Positions 37,603 to 48,262 are shown, counted from the first letter of the stretch. The stretch: DNA of 64,000 nucleotides from a virus (IMGVR_UViG_3300050821_007659:7904-71903); one strand, 5' to 3'. The notes: generated by a model not told the origin, from the sequence alone. Numbers and translations: made by a program.

Positions 37603-38394
37603 ATGGCCGATAAGACTGTTGAAGATAAGCTGGACGCGATTTTTGATTCCATCAGCAAGCGGATGGACGCTGCCGACGCGCGATTGGATGCGGCCTGCTC
37701 GCGCATGGACTCGTTCGCGAAGAAAGATGCCGAGAAGGACGCCGAAGCCAAGGCGAAGAAGGACGCCGAGGACAAGGAGGCTGAGGAAAAAGCCCAAAAG
37801 GATGCTGCCGAGAAGGAGGAAGCGGCCAAGAAAGACGCCGCGGAGGCCGCCAAAAAGGATGCGGCAGAGAAGGAGGAGCAGGCCAAAAAAGACGCCGCCC
37901 CTCGCGCACCCGACACCGCACTGGCGACTCGTCTTGCCGACATCGAGAAACGCTTGCCGCCGCAGCTGGCTTCAGAAGACCGCCAGCGTTTCGTCACCGC
38001 GCAATTCAAGGCAGAGCCTGTCTACCAGGCCTTCGGCGACTCCGCAGGCGCGCCAGCCTTCCTGAATGGCGAAGCGCTGCCCGACTACCAGCGCCGATTG
38101 CTGACCAAGGTCAAGCAGCACAGCCCGCGGTGGAAGGACAAGGATCTCTCCCGGGTCGATGCGAGCGTGCTCGATATCGCCGAGGAGCAGATCTATGCGG
38201 ATGCCATGCAGGCGGCCCTGCATCCGACCGATCTGCCCGTCGGCGTTCTGCGCGAGATCAAGAAGATTGATGAGGCCAATCGCGTCGTCCGTCATTTCGT
38301 CAGCAATGACGAAGCGGCGTGCTGGCGCCAGTTCGGTACGCCCGGCGGCGCGCGTCTAGGCTGCATCAACGCCAACGTCGGCAAGACTCACTAA
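37603..38394 (+). CDS. Capsid scaffolding protein
   Basis: K-D-A-rich repeats; lies between the protease and capsid genes. Confidence 0.75.
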   Translation: MADKTVEDKLDAIFDSISKRMDAADARLDAACSRMDSFAKKDAEKDAEAKAKKDAEDKEAEEKAQKDAAEKEEAAKKDAAEAAKKDAAEKEEQAKKDAAPRAPDTALATRLADIEKRLPPQLASEDRQRFVTAQFKAEPVYQAFGDSAGAPAFLNGEALPDYQRRLLTKVKQHSPRWKDKDLSRVDASVLDIAEEQIYADAMQAALHPTDLPVGVLREIKKIDEANRVVRHFVSNDEAACWRQFGTPGGARLGCINANVGKTH

Positions 38395-38448
38395 CTCTCT
38401 CTCCCTCAAAGGTCCCGGGCGCCTCCACGGAGGCGGCATCGGTATGGC

Positions 38449-38478
38449 AAGGCCACCCGTCGCGGTGGCCTTTTTATT
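38449..38478 (+). terminator. Intrinsic terminator
   Basis: AAGGCCACC/GGTGGCCTT stem followed by a T run. Confidence 0.75.
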
Positions 38479-38493
38479 TGGAGCATACACAAC

Positions 38494-39162
38494 ATGACTG
38501 CTGCTGCCGTTTCCATCAACCCGTTCATTCAATCGAACTTCCCGGGTACGTTCTTTTCGTCCTCCAGCGGATTCACGCAGGGTGATGCGCTGGATGATCC
38601 GGCGATTCGCTTCACGCTGCGCAAGGGCTATGTCGATCCCGCTGCGACTGTGCCAATGTGGGGCGGCCTTGCCATCACGGAGTCGCTTGCGGGAGGCGCC
38701 GCCTTCCAGGTGGGCGGTACGAATGCACCTTCCGAGAATCTAGACTCGAAGCTCAATGCCGCCACCACGCTCGCCAACCTGACCGGCTTCACCGTGTTCA
38801 ACCAAGCCACCGCGCTGATTCAGAGCGCGCAATCGCGCGTGCCGTCTGCCCCTGCAGGCGGCGCCATCAACTTCTATCGCTTGGGTAGCGGTGCACGCAT
38901 ACCGCTGCGCGCCTCGGCAGCGGCAATCACAGCGTGGTTGGGCGGCGTTGTGAATCCCAACGTGTATTGGGACACAACCAACTTGGTGCTCACCAATGCG
39001 GGGGGTTCAGGCATTGTCGGTCCGATCGTGGGTGTTCTGCTCGATAGCGTTATCGCCGGAAATTCCCGGGGCGTCAACTACAACGACAACTCCAGCGGCT
39101 TTGCAACGACCGGATTTCTCAACTGGCTCGAAAGCGTCGCCATGGTGGTTCTGAAGATCTAA
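38494..39162 (+). CDS. Head decoration/cement protein
   Basis: Position before the major capsid gene; size and composition. Confidence 0.65.
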   Translation: MTAAAVSINPFIQSNFPGTFFSSSSGFTQGDALDDPAIRFTLRKGYVDPAATVPMWGGLAITESLAGGAAFQVGGTNAPSENLDSKLNAATTLANLTGFTVFNQATALIQSAQSRVPSAPAGGAINFYRLGSGARIPLRASAAAITAWLGGVVNPNVYWDTTNLVLTNAGGSGIVGPIVGVLLDSVIAGNSRGVNYNDNSSGFATTGFLNWLESVAMVVLKI

Positions 39163-39215
39163 CTTCCGACAGGCTTTCTCTTTAACCGTCACTTCCGTTC
39201 TCGGAGAACAAGTCA

Positions 39216-40235
39216 ATGTCAACCGATGCATCCACGTGGGTCATTACCCAGCCGTCGTTCATGGAGCCCGAACTGCTCTTGCAGTACAACCAACGATCGG
39301 ATTTCATCGAGCTCCTGGCAGGCGGCGCCCCGCGGGTGCGTCTGGGTGAGGAAGACAAGGCCGTCTATCTGCGCCAGCTCGCCGTGCGCACGAAGGTCTC
39401 AAGCGGTGCCGCAGGAGCCAATCAGGTGCCCTCGTGCTCGGTCACGACCGGCATGGCGATGGCTCCCACGTACCTGCAGCAGGTCCGCGCGATCTATGAC
39501 CGCCACCAGACCAACATGCTGGCGCAGTGGGGCGTGTCCATTGTCGAGGCGCAGCGTCTCGGCATGCGCCAGGGTCATCACCAGCAGTTGCGCAACAAGG
39601 CCCTATTCGGCGAGTTCCCAGCGAATGGCGAAGGCTTTCTCTCCACCACCGGTGCCACGTACATCACTTTGCCCGCCGACTCCTTCGGCAATACGCGCAT
39701 CTCGACGTACGACAACGGTCAGATGGCACTGTTCCTGCTCTCCATCGTGCAGCAAATTCTCACGCGCACCTACAATTTGGGCATGCCGCAGAAAATCACG
39801 GTGCTGGGTCCGCAGCAGGATATCGCCCAGTGGCAGATCCAGGGGGTCGTGCAGTTGACCAATTTCCAGCGCGCGGGCGCGGGCTCCGACACGATTGCCG
39901 GCATGGTCAAGGAGATCCTGGAGCGCCACGGCATCGAGATCCGCTTTGGCTATGACGATACATTGATCGGCGCCGGCGCGGGCGGCACCGATGCGATCAT
40001 CTTCGCCATGCCCGAGGTGAAGAAGCCCGAGGGCGAGTCGTGGACTACCAACGAATTCGCCAAGATCGCGCCGGGGTTCAATGCATGCACGTTGCAATAC
40101 ACGGACGTCGCCGCGCCCATTGAGATTGTGACCCCCATTGAGGGAGGCGCGACAGATGTGCTGTCGGAGATGCGGGCAACTTCAGGATGGTCGCCACGCC
40201 CGGAAGCTTTGACCATCCTCAGCGCTACGAACTAA
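39216..40235 (+). CDS. Major capsid protein
   Basis: 339 aa after scaffold and decoration genes; C-terminal SGWSPRPEAL resembles HK97-fold capsid C-termini. Confidence 0.8.
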   Translation: MSTDASTWVITQPSFMEPELLLQYNQRSDFIELLAGGAPRVRLGEEDKAVYLRQLAVRTKVSSGAAGANQVPSCSVTTGMAMAPTYLQQVRAIYDRHQTNMLAQWGVSIVEAQRLGMRQGHHQQLRNKALFGEFPANGEGFLSTTGATYITLPADSFGNTRISTYDNGQMALFLLSIVQQILTRTYNLGMPQKITVLGPQQDIAQWQIQGVVQLTNFQRAGAGSDTIAGMVKEILERHGIEIRFGYDDTLIGAGAGGTDAIIFAMPEVKKPEGESWTTNEFAKIAPGFNACTLQYTDVAAPIEIVTPIEGGATDVLSEMRATSGWSPRPEALTILSATN

Positions 40236-40249
40236 CTCAGGAATCCCAC

Positions 40250-40777
40250 ATGCTGAAGAATCTGTTGTATATCGCGAACTGTAGTAAGCAGGTATGGATG
40301 TTCACGTTTCGCGTGCCGGGCATGCAGAGCGGGTACTTCGTCAAAGCGATTCCGGCGGGGCAGCAAATCTGCCTGGATCATTTGACCTCTGACGAAATCG
40401 CCCTCGTGATCGCGCATTGGGAGATCTATGGCATGAAGTCGGCGGAGGAGATGAGCCGGCGCAAGGGGTACACCGGACTCTGCTACCGCTTGGAGAAGCC
40501 TGTCGTGATGGACGCGATGCTCGCGACCTACGAGCAAAATGACGACGCCCTCACGCAGGCGGCGGACGAACGCCGCGTCAAGACCGCAACCCGCATTGCG
40601 ACGGACATTGCCACCGACATCAGCAACAAGACGGGTATCGACAAACATAAGTTGGTGCCGCAGCGTTTGGAAGTCGAGACTGTCGAGGAAACCGACGGCA
40701 CACCAAGCGTATCGGCAGGTGTGGAAGTCTTGCGCAATCCTGGCACAGACAAGCCGCGCCGCGCCCGCATGAGCTGA
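40250..40777 (+). CDS. Hypothetical virion-associated protein
   Basis: AGGA RBS; LYIANCSKQ start; follows the capsid gene. Confidence 0.65.
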   Translation: MLKNLLYIANCSKQVWMFTFRVPGMQSGYFVKAIPAGQQICLDHLTSDEIALVIAHWEIYGMKSAEEMSRRKGYTGLCYRLEKPVVMDAMLATYEQNDDALTQAADERRVKTATRIATDIATDISNKTGIDKHKLVPQRLEVETVEETDGTPSVSAGVEVLRNPGTDKPRRARMS

Positions 40778-40786
40778 TCGGACTTC

Positions 40787-41458
40787 GTGTTCTCGAATCC
40801 CACCACCCCGAACCTCGCCGACTACCTCACCTTCCTGGCCGGCATCGGCATCCCGCCGATCGCAACGCCGGCCGTCTTCCCCATGGTGAGCGGCGCGGCG
40901 ACTCAGGGGGGCGATCCGGCGAGCCTGACCGACTTCACGCAGTCGTGGCGGACCAATCAGTGGGCTGGGTCCTTTCTCACCGACTCGACGCAAGGCGCGA
41001 CAACATACCTGACCTCCAATACCTCGGTCACGGTGCTGTTTGCGACGCCCTTCGCTAACCCGGTGGTGGCGGGTGATGACTATCAGATCGTGCCCGGCAT
41101 CGCGCCGGTCTCGTTGTCGATCGCGCTCGAGATCGTGAACCAGACCCTCGCCCAGGTGTCGCCCACGATCTACACGCTCGCCGTCTACAACCTGGCGGCG
41201 GATCGGCTGATCAACTATGCGCCGGATGTGGCGGGGCAGACGTTCTTTCAGGACCTGCGCAAGAAGTTGAGGCTGAGTGAGATTTCGGTTGGGGTGCCGT
41301 CTCAGGCGAGCACCGATGGTTTGGCTACCGGGATTCTGAATCCAGAGCAGATGAAGCTGTTCACGCTCGGAGACCTTCAGACTTTGAAGACCGGTCCAGG
41401 CAGACAATACATGTCCTTTGCTCAGATGGTTGGGCGAACCGTATATGGATTGAGTTAG
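40787..41458 (+). CDS. Head-tail adaptor-like protein
   Basis: Position; YTLAVYNLAADRL and KTGPGRQY motifs. Confidence 0.65.
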   Translation: MFSNPTTPNLADYLTFLAGIGIPPIATPAVFPMVSGAATQGGDPASLTDFTQSWRTNQWAGSFLTDSTQGATTYLTSNTSVTVLFATPFANPVVAGDDYQIVPGIAPVSLSIALEIVNQTLAQVSPTIYTLAVYNLAADRLINYAPDVAGQTFFQDLRKKLRLSEISVGVPSQASTDGLATGILNPEQMKLFTLGDLQTLKTGPGRQYMSFAQMVGRTVYGLS

Positions 41459-41956
41459 ATGGCGCCCGACGACAGTTCCCAAGGCGCCCCGAGCTCCCCG
41501 TTACAGGTGGGTGGCTCTGGTCGGCTGACGCTCCATTTGGGAATACTCGACCAACCGTACCGAACGCCGGGCAAGAAGGCCGGGGCCATGACTACCGGCG
41601 ACGTCGCCGAGATCCTCGAAGCCAAGTACAAAATCCTGGAGAACTTCTGGCGCGTGCACGGCCAAGACTGTGCGGGCGATTTAGAAGTGTCGTTGGGCGG
41701 CGCGATGGAGTCGCTTCTGATGGGGCGCGCGGTTGATCCGTGGGGCTCCGCTGGCCAAGCGATTGCTCAGCGGATGAGGGATTTCATCTCAAGTCGCGAG
41801 GTCGAGACGGTTGGAATACCGGGCACGCCGACCAAGGCAGCTCTCATGGGTGTAAGTCACAGGCGAAAACACCCGTACCGGAAATCTAACCCCCAGCGGC
41901 CGAGTTTTCGTGATACAGGCCTCATGACCGCGTCGTATCGCGCCTGGGTTGACTGA
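41459..41956 (+). CDS. Neck / tail completion protein
   Basis: RPSFRDTGLM C-terminus typical of neck proteins. Confidence 0.65.
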   Translation: MAPDDSSQGAPSSPLQVGGSGRLTLHLGILDQPYRTPGKKAGAMTTGDVAEILEAKYKILENFWRVHGQDCAGDLEVSLGGAMESLLMGRAVDPWGSAGQAIAQRMRDFISSREVETVGIPGTPTKAALMGVSHRRKHPYRKSNPQRPSFRDTGLMTASYRAWVD

Positions 41957-42930
41957 TGGCCCAAATCAGCGAATCCGGCCCCGATCCGAATGCAGTCTCG
42001 GGCGCGCTCGGCGATGGTCTGGCAGTCCTGCCGCTGCAGACGATCAGATTCGCCGCCTATACGCGCGCGGTCCTGCCGCTCGACGGGTTCGTCTTCTGGG
42101 TGCCGAAGCAAGAGTACATCGACATCATCGGCGCGCTGAGCTACAGCCAAACAATGGAGCAGGCCGAGGACGAGACGCGGGGCTATGTCACGGTCCAGTT
42201 CGCCACCCGCGAACAGATTACCGAGTTTGAGACTGCGCCGCCCAACACGCTCTATGTCGGCACCGTCAATGATTTTCGCTTCGCATTCTCGCAGCAGACC
42301 GGGCGTTTTGACCCGAGCGGCGCATGGCACTACTTCGGCCACAGCATTCAGCCGGCCATGGCCTCGCAGCTGCTCGACCGCCCGGGCAGCATCGATCTCA
42401 ACCAGGCAGTCACGTCCAACAGTCTCGCGCTGTGGCTCGGGCTGAATGGCTACAACTCGCCCTTTGACGATGAGCTGTCACTGACCGGCGTGCCGTTCTT
42501 TGTGGCACCGCCGACGCTGTATCCGTCGGGTATGGTGCCGCCCAACCTGATTCCGCCGTATGGGGTGGTGCATATCGGCGAGAACGATACGCGCGCGCTC
42601 CAATCAGTGCCCTACATCGATGCGAACCGCAGCCACTATCAGCTGGTGTCTGATCGCGTGCGCATCACGCTCTACGGCCTGCAGAACGACGCCTGCCTGG
42701 ATTTTCAGGACACCGTGAACAAGTACAGCCTGCTGACCGACAACTTCGGGATCATGAACATGCCGGTAGTGCGCGATGCGATTCGCACGCAGGCCGAGTT
42801 GCAGACGCGCGCGATGAAGAAAACATTGGAATACGAAATCTCATACAACCAAACCCGCGTCGCCCAGGTCGCGCGCAAGTTGATCCTGTCGTGTGTGCCC
42901 ACCTACATCATTGCGGGTGGCGCTCAATAG
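41956..42930 (+). CDS. Head-closure / tail terminator-like protein
   Basis: Position in the neck module. Confidence 0.6.
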   Translation: MAQISESGPDPNAVSGALGDGLAVLPLQTIRFAAYTRAVLPLDGFVFWVPKQEYIDIIGALSYSQTMEQAEDETRGYVTVQFATREQITEFETAPPNTLYVGTVNDFRFAFSQQTGRFDPSGAWHYFGHSIQPAMASQLLDRPGSIDLNQAVTSNSLALWLGLNGYNSPFDDELSLTGVPFFVAPPTLYPSGMVPPNLIPPYGVVHIGENDTRALQSVPYIDANRSHYQLVSDRVRITLYGLQNDACLDFQDTVNKYSLLTDNFGIMNMPVVRDAIRTQAELQTRAMKKTLEYEISYNQTRVAQVARKLILSCVPTYIIAGGAQ

Positions 42931-42963
42931 CTCTTTCCGTTGCCGCCCTGATATCTCCCCTTG

Positions 42964-42991
42964 ACCCCGCCTCGTGCGGGGTTTTTCTTTT
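42964..42991 (+). terminator. Intrinsic terminator
   Basis: ACCCCGC/GCGGGGT stem followed by TTTTTCTTTT. Confidence 0.8.
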
Positions 42992-43006
42992 CAGGAGTTC
43001 ATGTAA

Positions 43007-43333
43007 ATGTCTCAGAACGCCATTCCGGTCTATTCCCAATATCCAGGCGGCCTCACGCCGATCTACGACATTGCGGCAACAGGTTCTGTGAAAGCATCGA
43101 ACGGATGTCTCTATCAGATCATCGTGCAGAATGCTGGTAGTGGCGGGTCAATCACCTTCAGCGACATGCTCCAAGGCGGAACGCCCGCCGCCGGCAATCA
43201 GATCATCACCCTGACGACCGCGCAGTTGACGGCGGCTCCCGGCGGCATTCTCAAAATAGAATGGCCCTTCAAGACGGGACTGAACGTGTCAGCCATCAGT
43301 GGCGGCATCATCGTTAATGCGTCGATAGCCTGA
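43007..43333 (+). CDS. Small beta-rich virion protein
   Basis: AGGAG RBS; beta-strand-like composition. Confidence 0.65.
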   Translation: MSQNAIPVYSQYPGGLTPIYDIAATGSVKASNGCLYQIIVQNAGSGGSITFSDMLQGGTPAAGNQIITLTTAQLTAAPGGILKIEWPFKTGLNVSAISGGIIVNASIA

Positions 43334-43339
43334 GCCGCC

Positions 43340-43714
43340 ATGTTTGTTCCTCAAGCGCCGACCGGCTGGTCTCAGGGCCAGTCCCACGGATTGCCCGCCG
43401 TCATTCCGGCAGGCAGTCCAGGTCAGATCGTCTCAAACGTCATCAACACGTTCGGACTGAACAAGGGAGCAGTGGGCCTGCAGAGCACGCAGGCAGGCAA
43501 TCTGACCGTGCAGCGCTATGCCGATGCGGCTGGCCAAATCCCATTGCCTGCGGTCGTCAACGGCGCTCCCACGGTCGCCATCGTGGCCAATACGCCGATC
43601 TGCGTCACGTGGGCTGACGGCACGCCGACCGGCTCGATTCAGATCACGATCACCAATTCCTCGGGCTCGACGGCGGCGAATCTCACCAACCTCACGGTCA
43701 ACCTCGGGCCATGA
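43340..43714 (+). CDS. Small beta-rich virion protein
   Basis: Operon position and composition. Confidence 0.6.
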   Translation: MFVPQAPTGWSQGQSHGLPAVIPAGSPGQIVSNVINTFGLNKGAVGLQSTQAGNLTVQRYADAAGQIPLPAVVNGAPTVAIVANTPICVTWADGTPTGSIQITITNSSGSTAANLTNLTVNLGP

Positions 43715-45777
43715 AGCGCCTTGCCATCTTTCTGGCCGCGCTCGCCATGGCCACGGGCGCCTATGGCCAGCAGCAATCCTCACTGCCGTTCCCGCTGACT
43801 ACGATCACGGCACCCGCCAACAACCAGTGCCTCGTCTATCAGTCGAGTTCGAAGACGTGGGTCAACGGCTCGTGTGCATCCGGCGGTGGCGCGACCGTCA
43901 CGGGCTCTCCCACTGCGGGCCAAGTCACCAAATTCTCCGGCGCCGGCACGATCACGAACGCGGTGGCAGGCACGGATTACCAGGCTCCGCTGTCGATCGC
44001 GACCGGCAATCTTCTTGGCAATGTCAGCGGATCGACGGCCACCCCCGTCGCGTTGCCGCTGCCTACCATCAATCTCGCGCAGCTCGGCGCCTGCGGCATC
44101 ACCGACGGCACCACGATTTTCAACGCGGCAGCGACCGCCGCGGCCTCGACCGGCCAAGCGCTGTATATCCCGGGCAACTGCACGCTCAATCACACCGGGA
44201 CGCTGACGCTGAATGGCCTCACGCTCGTTGGCGACGGTGTCGGCTCCATACTCAAGGGCACCGATTCCGCGAGTTCCGATCCCCACTTGGCGCTCTACAT
44301 CCAAGGGACCGGCACAACGGTGCGCGGGATCAATTTCCAGACCTCCAACACGGCCGCTCGATCGTCCCAGGTGTATGCCGCCGCCATTACGGTGCCTGTC
44401 GGCGTCGGCGCGACGCTGAGCCAGTTCCGCATTCAGGACAACTATTTCACCTCGTCCTTCGCCGGTCCCGACATCCAGCTGGCGTATGCCGGCAGCTACG
44501 GCGACATCTCGCGCAACTTCATGCTGGCAGGTTCCAAGTCGAACCCGATGATCGTGCAGGCCAATGGCGCCGCAGTGACCAACCTCACGATCAGCCAGAA
44601 CACCATGACGGGCACGAGCGGTGATACGTGCATCGAGCTGGTGGACTACTCGAATGGCGCAACAATTTTCTTACAGAACGTTCTCGTGGAGAACAACAAC
44701 CTCGAGATGTGCGGGGCCGAGGGCGTTTCCGCGGTCGGTGGCTCGCACATCAGTTTTATTGGCAACTCCATCAAGACGGTCTCGGATCGCGGCATCCTGA
44801 TCCTGTCGGACGTGACGTTCACGAGTCCCGCCGTCAACCACATCCTCGTGAAGGGCAATCAGGTGCAGGCGGCTTCTGCAGCGGATGCCTACATTCTCGT
44901 GTCCGGCCGCTCGGGCTTTCCGGCCTCAGATGTCGTAGTGGAGGGCAACATCCTCGACATCACGACCACCACGGCGGCCGGGATCAAGGTGGGCGCCTGC
45001 GACACGTGCTCGTCGGCCGACATCCGCACAAGCCGAGTCGATGTCATCGGCAACCACATCAACGGCGACGGCACGCACGGCACGACCGGCATCACGGTAC
45101 GCGGCGCCAACGATGTCAGCATTCTCGGCAATGACATCAGCGCCATCCAGCAGCAGGCGGTCTACAGCTTCGTCGGCAACAGCGGCGCTCTCAAGGTCAA
45201 CAATAACCATTTCCAGAACCTGAGCATTGCATCCTCGGGCGCCAACGAGGCGGTGTACCTCGGCAACAGCGGCTTTGCCATCCAGCAGGTGATGGGTAAC
45301 AGCTACGTGGCAGGCGCGAATACCATCTCACACTTCGCGACGTGCAGCGGCTCGCCCACGCTGATGATGGATTTTAATCTCGGCGCCAACGATTTGAGCG
45401 GTTGCAGTGACAGCAACATCACGGCCAACGGCGGCCTTGGCACGAACTTCACGAATTTCGGCGGTCGATTTCAGATCGTCGGCACCAACAGCGCCTCCGG
45501 CGATGCTCTGTACCGCACGGGCGCCGGCAACGTCTGCATCAGCACCGGCGGCGTACAGGCGGGCTGTTTCGATGCCAGCCAGAACCTCAATCTCGTGGCC
45601 GCCGCGACGCTCGTCACCAAAACGGTCGCGACGCTGCCGACGTGCAACTCGGGAGCCAAGGGGCAGATGTATGCCGTGTCGGATGCCAGCTCCCCGACCT
45701 ACAACGCAACGCTGACCGGTAGCAGCACGACGTGGGCGTTGGCGGTTTGTAACGGGGTCAACTGGACCGCTCATTAG
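43711..45777 (+). CDS. Pectin-lyase-like beta-helix protein (depolymerase-like) with an N-terminal signal peptide
   Basis: GACGITDGT...ALYIPG N-cap; repeated V.I.GN strands; MKRLAIFLAALAMATGAYG signal. Confidence 0.75.
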   Translation: MKRLAIFLAALAMATGAYGQQQSSLPFPLTTITAPANNQCLVYQSSSKTWVNGSCASGGGATVTGSPTAGQVTKFSGAGTITNAVAGTDYQAPLSIATGNLLGNVSGSTATPVALPLPTINLAQLGACGITDGTTIFNAAATAAASTGQALYIPGNCTLNHTGTLTLNGLTLVGDGVGSILKGTDSASSDPHLALYIQGTGTTVRGINFQTSNTAARSSQVYAAAITVPVGVGATLSQFRIQDNYFTSSFAGPDIQLAYAGSYGDISRNFMLAGSKSNPMIVQANGAAVTNLTISQNTMTGTSGDTCIELVDYSNGATIFLQNVLVENNNLEMCGAEGVSAVGGSHISFIGNSIKTVSDRGILILSDVTFTSPAVNHILVKGNQVQAASAADAYILVSGRSGFPASDVVVEGNILDITTTTAAGIKVGACDTCSSADIRTSRVDVIGNHINGDGTHGTTGITVRGANDVSILGNDISAIQQQAVYSFVGNSGALKVNNNHFQNLSIASSGANEAVYLGNSGFAIQQVMGNSYVAGANTISHFATCSGSPTLMMDFNLGANDLSGCSDSNITANGGLGTNFTNFGGRFQIVGTNSASGDALYRTGAGNVCISTGGVQAGCFDASQNLNLVAAATLVTKTVATLPTCNSGAKGQMYAVSDASSPTYNATLTGSSTTWALAVCNGVNWTAH

Positions 45778-45838
45778 CTGACCCGCTTGGCCATCGCGCA
45801 CCTACACACTCACCTGATCAGTTGAGGGATCGCTCCCC

Positions 45839-47221
45839 ATGTCGTATCAAATCGTCCAGCTGAATGTCTCACAGACGTTCGCCCCAGCGCCCATCACCCT
45901 GCAATCAAGCGGTGCCTTCATTTCCCAGGGCGGGACGACTCTGGCAAACGGCACCTCGGCGTTGCTCACACAGAATTCGGATCTCACGCCGTTGCTCGCC
46001 GCGCCGCTCGCGATCACGTCCCTGGCGTGGAGCTCCAGTGTGGTGCTGGCGACCACGACAGCTGCGATTCCAGGACTGTCAACCGGCGATACCTTTATCA
46101 CGACGGTCACGGGAGCCACTCCGGCGGCCTACAACGGGCTCGTGCTGGCCACCGTGACGGGCGCCAATACGTTCACCTACGCGCTGGCCGCCAATCCCGG
46201 CGCGGAGACGGTTCCCGGTACCTACACACCGCCGGGCCAGGGTGAGCTCGTATCGATGGTCGGGACGTTCTTTGGACAAGGTACCGCGCAATCCGCATAC
46301 GTGCTCGAGCTGGGACCCGGAGATGAAGCGAACGGCACGACCGCGCTGGCTGCGTGGATCATCGCCAATCCCGGGGTGTACTACTCCTATCTCGTGCCGC
46401 GGATCTGGGATGTCTCCTCGGGTCTGCTGGCACTGATTGCAGCCTACGAGGCCCCGACCGCCAAAGTCTATTTCTGGGTCACGACGACGCTCGCCAATTG
46501 GTCGACCTACACCAAGCTGATGAAGTGCGTCAATGCGCGCATTGAGGCGCCGGGGATTCCGCTCACCGAATTCAGCCAAGCGGTCGCCTTCCAGAAGTCG
46601 CTGTCGTACGCGCCTTCGAGCGGCAATCGCATGACTCCGCTCGCCTTCTCGTACTACAACGGCGTGACACCGTATCCGACGAGGGGAAATAACGCGCTGC
46701 TCACGACACTGCAGAATGCCAACATCAACGTGATTGGCACCGGTGCGGAGGGCGGCAGCAGTACAGCGCTGGACTGGTGGGGCAAGATGCTCGACGGCAA
46801 TGACTTCTCCTATTGGTATTCGGTGGACTGGTATCAGTTGGCTGCCGCCCAAGCACTGGCGGCGGATGTTCAAAACGGGTCCAACAGCAGTCTGAATCCG
46901 CTGACCTACGATCAGCACGGCATCGACACGCTGCAGGATTCGTTGATCCAGGTGAACAATGACGCGATCACGTTCAACCTGGCCAACGGCACCGTGGCGC
47001 GGGCAGCGCTTGACGGGCCGGCGTTCCAGCAGGCGCTCGATAGCGGGGCGTACGTGGATCAGGACGTCGTCAACGCCGTGCCATTCAAAATCTATGTAGC
47101 CGAGAATCCGAGTGACTTCCAGGCCGAGACCTACAAGGGCTTGTCGTCGGTCTACATCCCACAGCGCGGGTTCATGAAGATTGTCTTCAATCTCAATGTG
47201 TCGAGTTTTCTGGGGATCTGA
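45839..47221 (+). CDS. Tail sheath protein
   Basis: 460 aa; WYSVDW...NPLTYDQHGIDTL; precedes the tube gene. Confidence 0.8.
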   Translation: MSYQIVQLNVSQTFAPAPITLQSSGAFISQGGTTLANGTSALLTQNSDLTPLLAAPLAITSLAWSSSVVLATTTAAIPGLSTGDTFITTVTGATPAAYNGLVLATVTGANTFTYALAANPGAETVPGTYTPPGQGELVSMVGTFFGQGTAQSAYVLELGPGDEANGTTALAAWIIANPGVYYSYLVPRIWDVSSGLLALIAAYEAPTAKVYFWVTTTLANWSTYTKLMKCVNARIEAPGIPLTEFSQAVAFQKSLSYAPSSGNRMTPLAFSYYNGVTPYPTRGNNALLTTLQNANINVIGTGAEGGSSTALDWWGKMLDGNDFSYWYSVDWYQLAAAQALAADVQNGSNSSLNPLTYDQHGIDTLQDSLIQVNNDAITFNLANGTVARAALDGPAFQQALDSGAYVDQDVVNAVPFKIYVAENPSDFQAETYKGLSSVYIPQRGFMKIVFNLNVSSFLGI

Positions 47222-47252
47222 GCGCGAATCTATCAACTGAGGTGCAGCAATC

Positions 47253-47693
47253 GTGAGCAATCCCCTGGTCGATCTCGGCACACTGAACAAGCTTCGTGCG
47301 AGCGTCATCTGGCAGAATGTCAACAATCTCAACGTCTCGGCCTCCTTCCTGGGTACCGAGCAAATTGCGCTGTCGCTGGATGGGGAGGCCACGCAATTCG
47401 TTCCGGTCAGTGTCGGGATGGTGCCTTCACCGCAGTTCTATCAACCGGTGACGCTCAGCATCCACTTGGTGAAGACGCTCAGCATCGCTGCGCAGTACCA
47501 GAGCCGGTGGAAGACGAATTGCCTCCTGGGCCCCGGGACTGTGCGTCCGGATGTGTCCACGGGCATCCAGCCCTACGATCTCGTCAATATGGCGATCGAA
47601 GGCATGCGGCAGATGACCTTCAACGGCCAGGATGCGGGCTTCATGGTCAATTGCCGCGGCTACGTGTACATCAACTCTGATCTCTTCGGGTGA
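47253..47693 (+). CDS. Tail tube protein
   Basis: 146 aa directly after the sheath gene. Confidence 0.75.
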   Translation: MSNPLVDLGTLNKLRASVIWQNVNNLNVSASFLGTEQIALSLDGEATQFVPVSVGMVPSPQFYQPVTLSIHLVKTLSIAAQYQSRWKTNCLLGPGTVRPDVSTGIQPYDLVNMAIEGMRQMTFNGQDAGFMVNCRGYVYINSDLFG

Positions 47694-48262
47694 TATCCGT
47701 GCGTATCGACAAGCGGCTCAACCTCGTGATTCCCGTCACTCGCTCAGACGAGACACAGATCTTCGTCCACTCCACGCCGATCGACTCGGCCGTGTTCGAC
47801 GTCTACTACAAGCCCATTGCGCGCGCCTTCAACGAGTTGTTCACCGGCGGGTACGGCATCTATTCGGGTCCGCGTATCGCCAACAAGCTGCTGCGCGATG
47901 TCGCGAAGGACATGGGGCTGTGGGACGGCCTGGCCGGGGTCGAGAAGGGACTGCTCGCCGAAATATACCGCCGAACGACTGTCCTCGGCCCAGCCAAGCG
48001 CGGCGGCTGGGAGCCGGTGCTGTACGAGGACGCGCTTGCGAACGGTTTGTTGGAGCCGGCGGACGCCGCGGAGGTGGAGGGCGCCATCTGTTTTTTTACG
48101 GTTGTCTCGTGCATGAACCGCAAGGAGGATCTGCCGAAGGTGTTGGACGGCGCTGCGAAACTCTGGGGTGCGCAGACCACATTATCGAACTCTACGGAAT
48201 ACATGAGTTCCTTGCCGATCTTGATCACAGCCGCGAGTACTGGCGCGAAGGCGGCGGCATAG
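47690..48262 (+). CDS. Tail assembly chaperone
   Basis: Between tube and tape measure genes; the -1 frame stays open to 48405. Confidence 0.65.
   Translation: MISVRIDKRLNLVIPVTRSDETQIFVHSTPIDSAVFDVYYKPIARAFNELFTGGYGIYSGPRIANKLLRDVAKDMGLWDGLAGVEKGLLAEIYRRTTVLGPAKRGGWEPVLYEDALANGLLEPADAAEVEGAICFFTVVSCMNRKEDLPKVLDGAAKLWGAQTTLSNSTEYMSSLPILITAASTGAKAAA

Noticed and set aside
37720-37900. Repetitive DNA (AAGGATGC/AAAGACGC units) as a possible array
   Set aside because: Degenerate coding repeats (KKDA) of the scaffold protein, with no repeat-spacer structure; not CRISPR.
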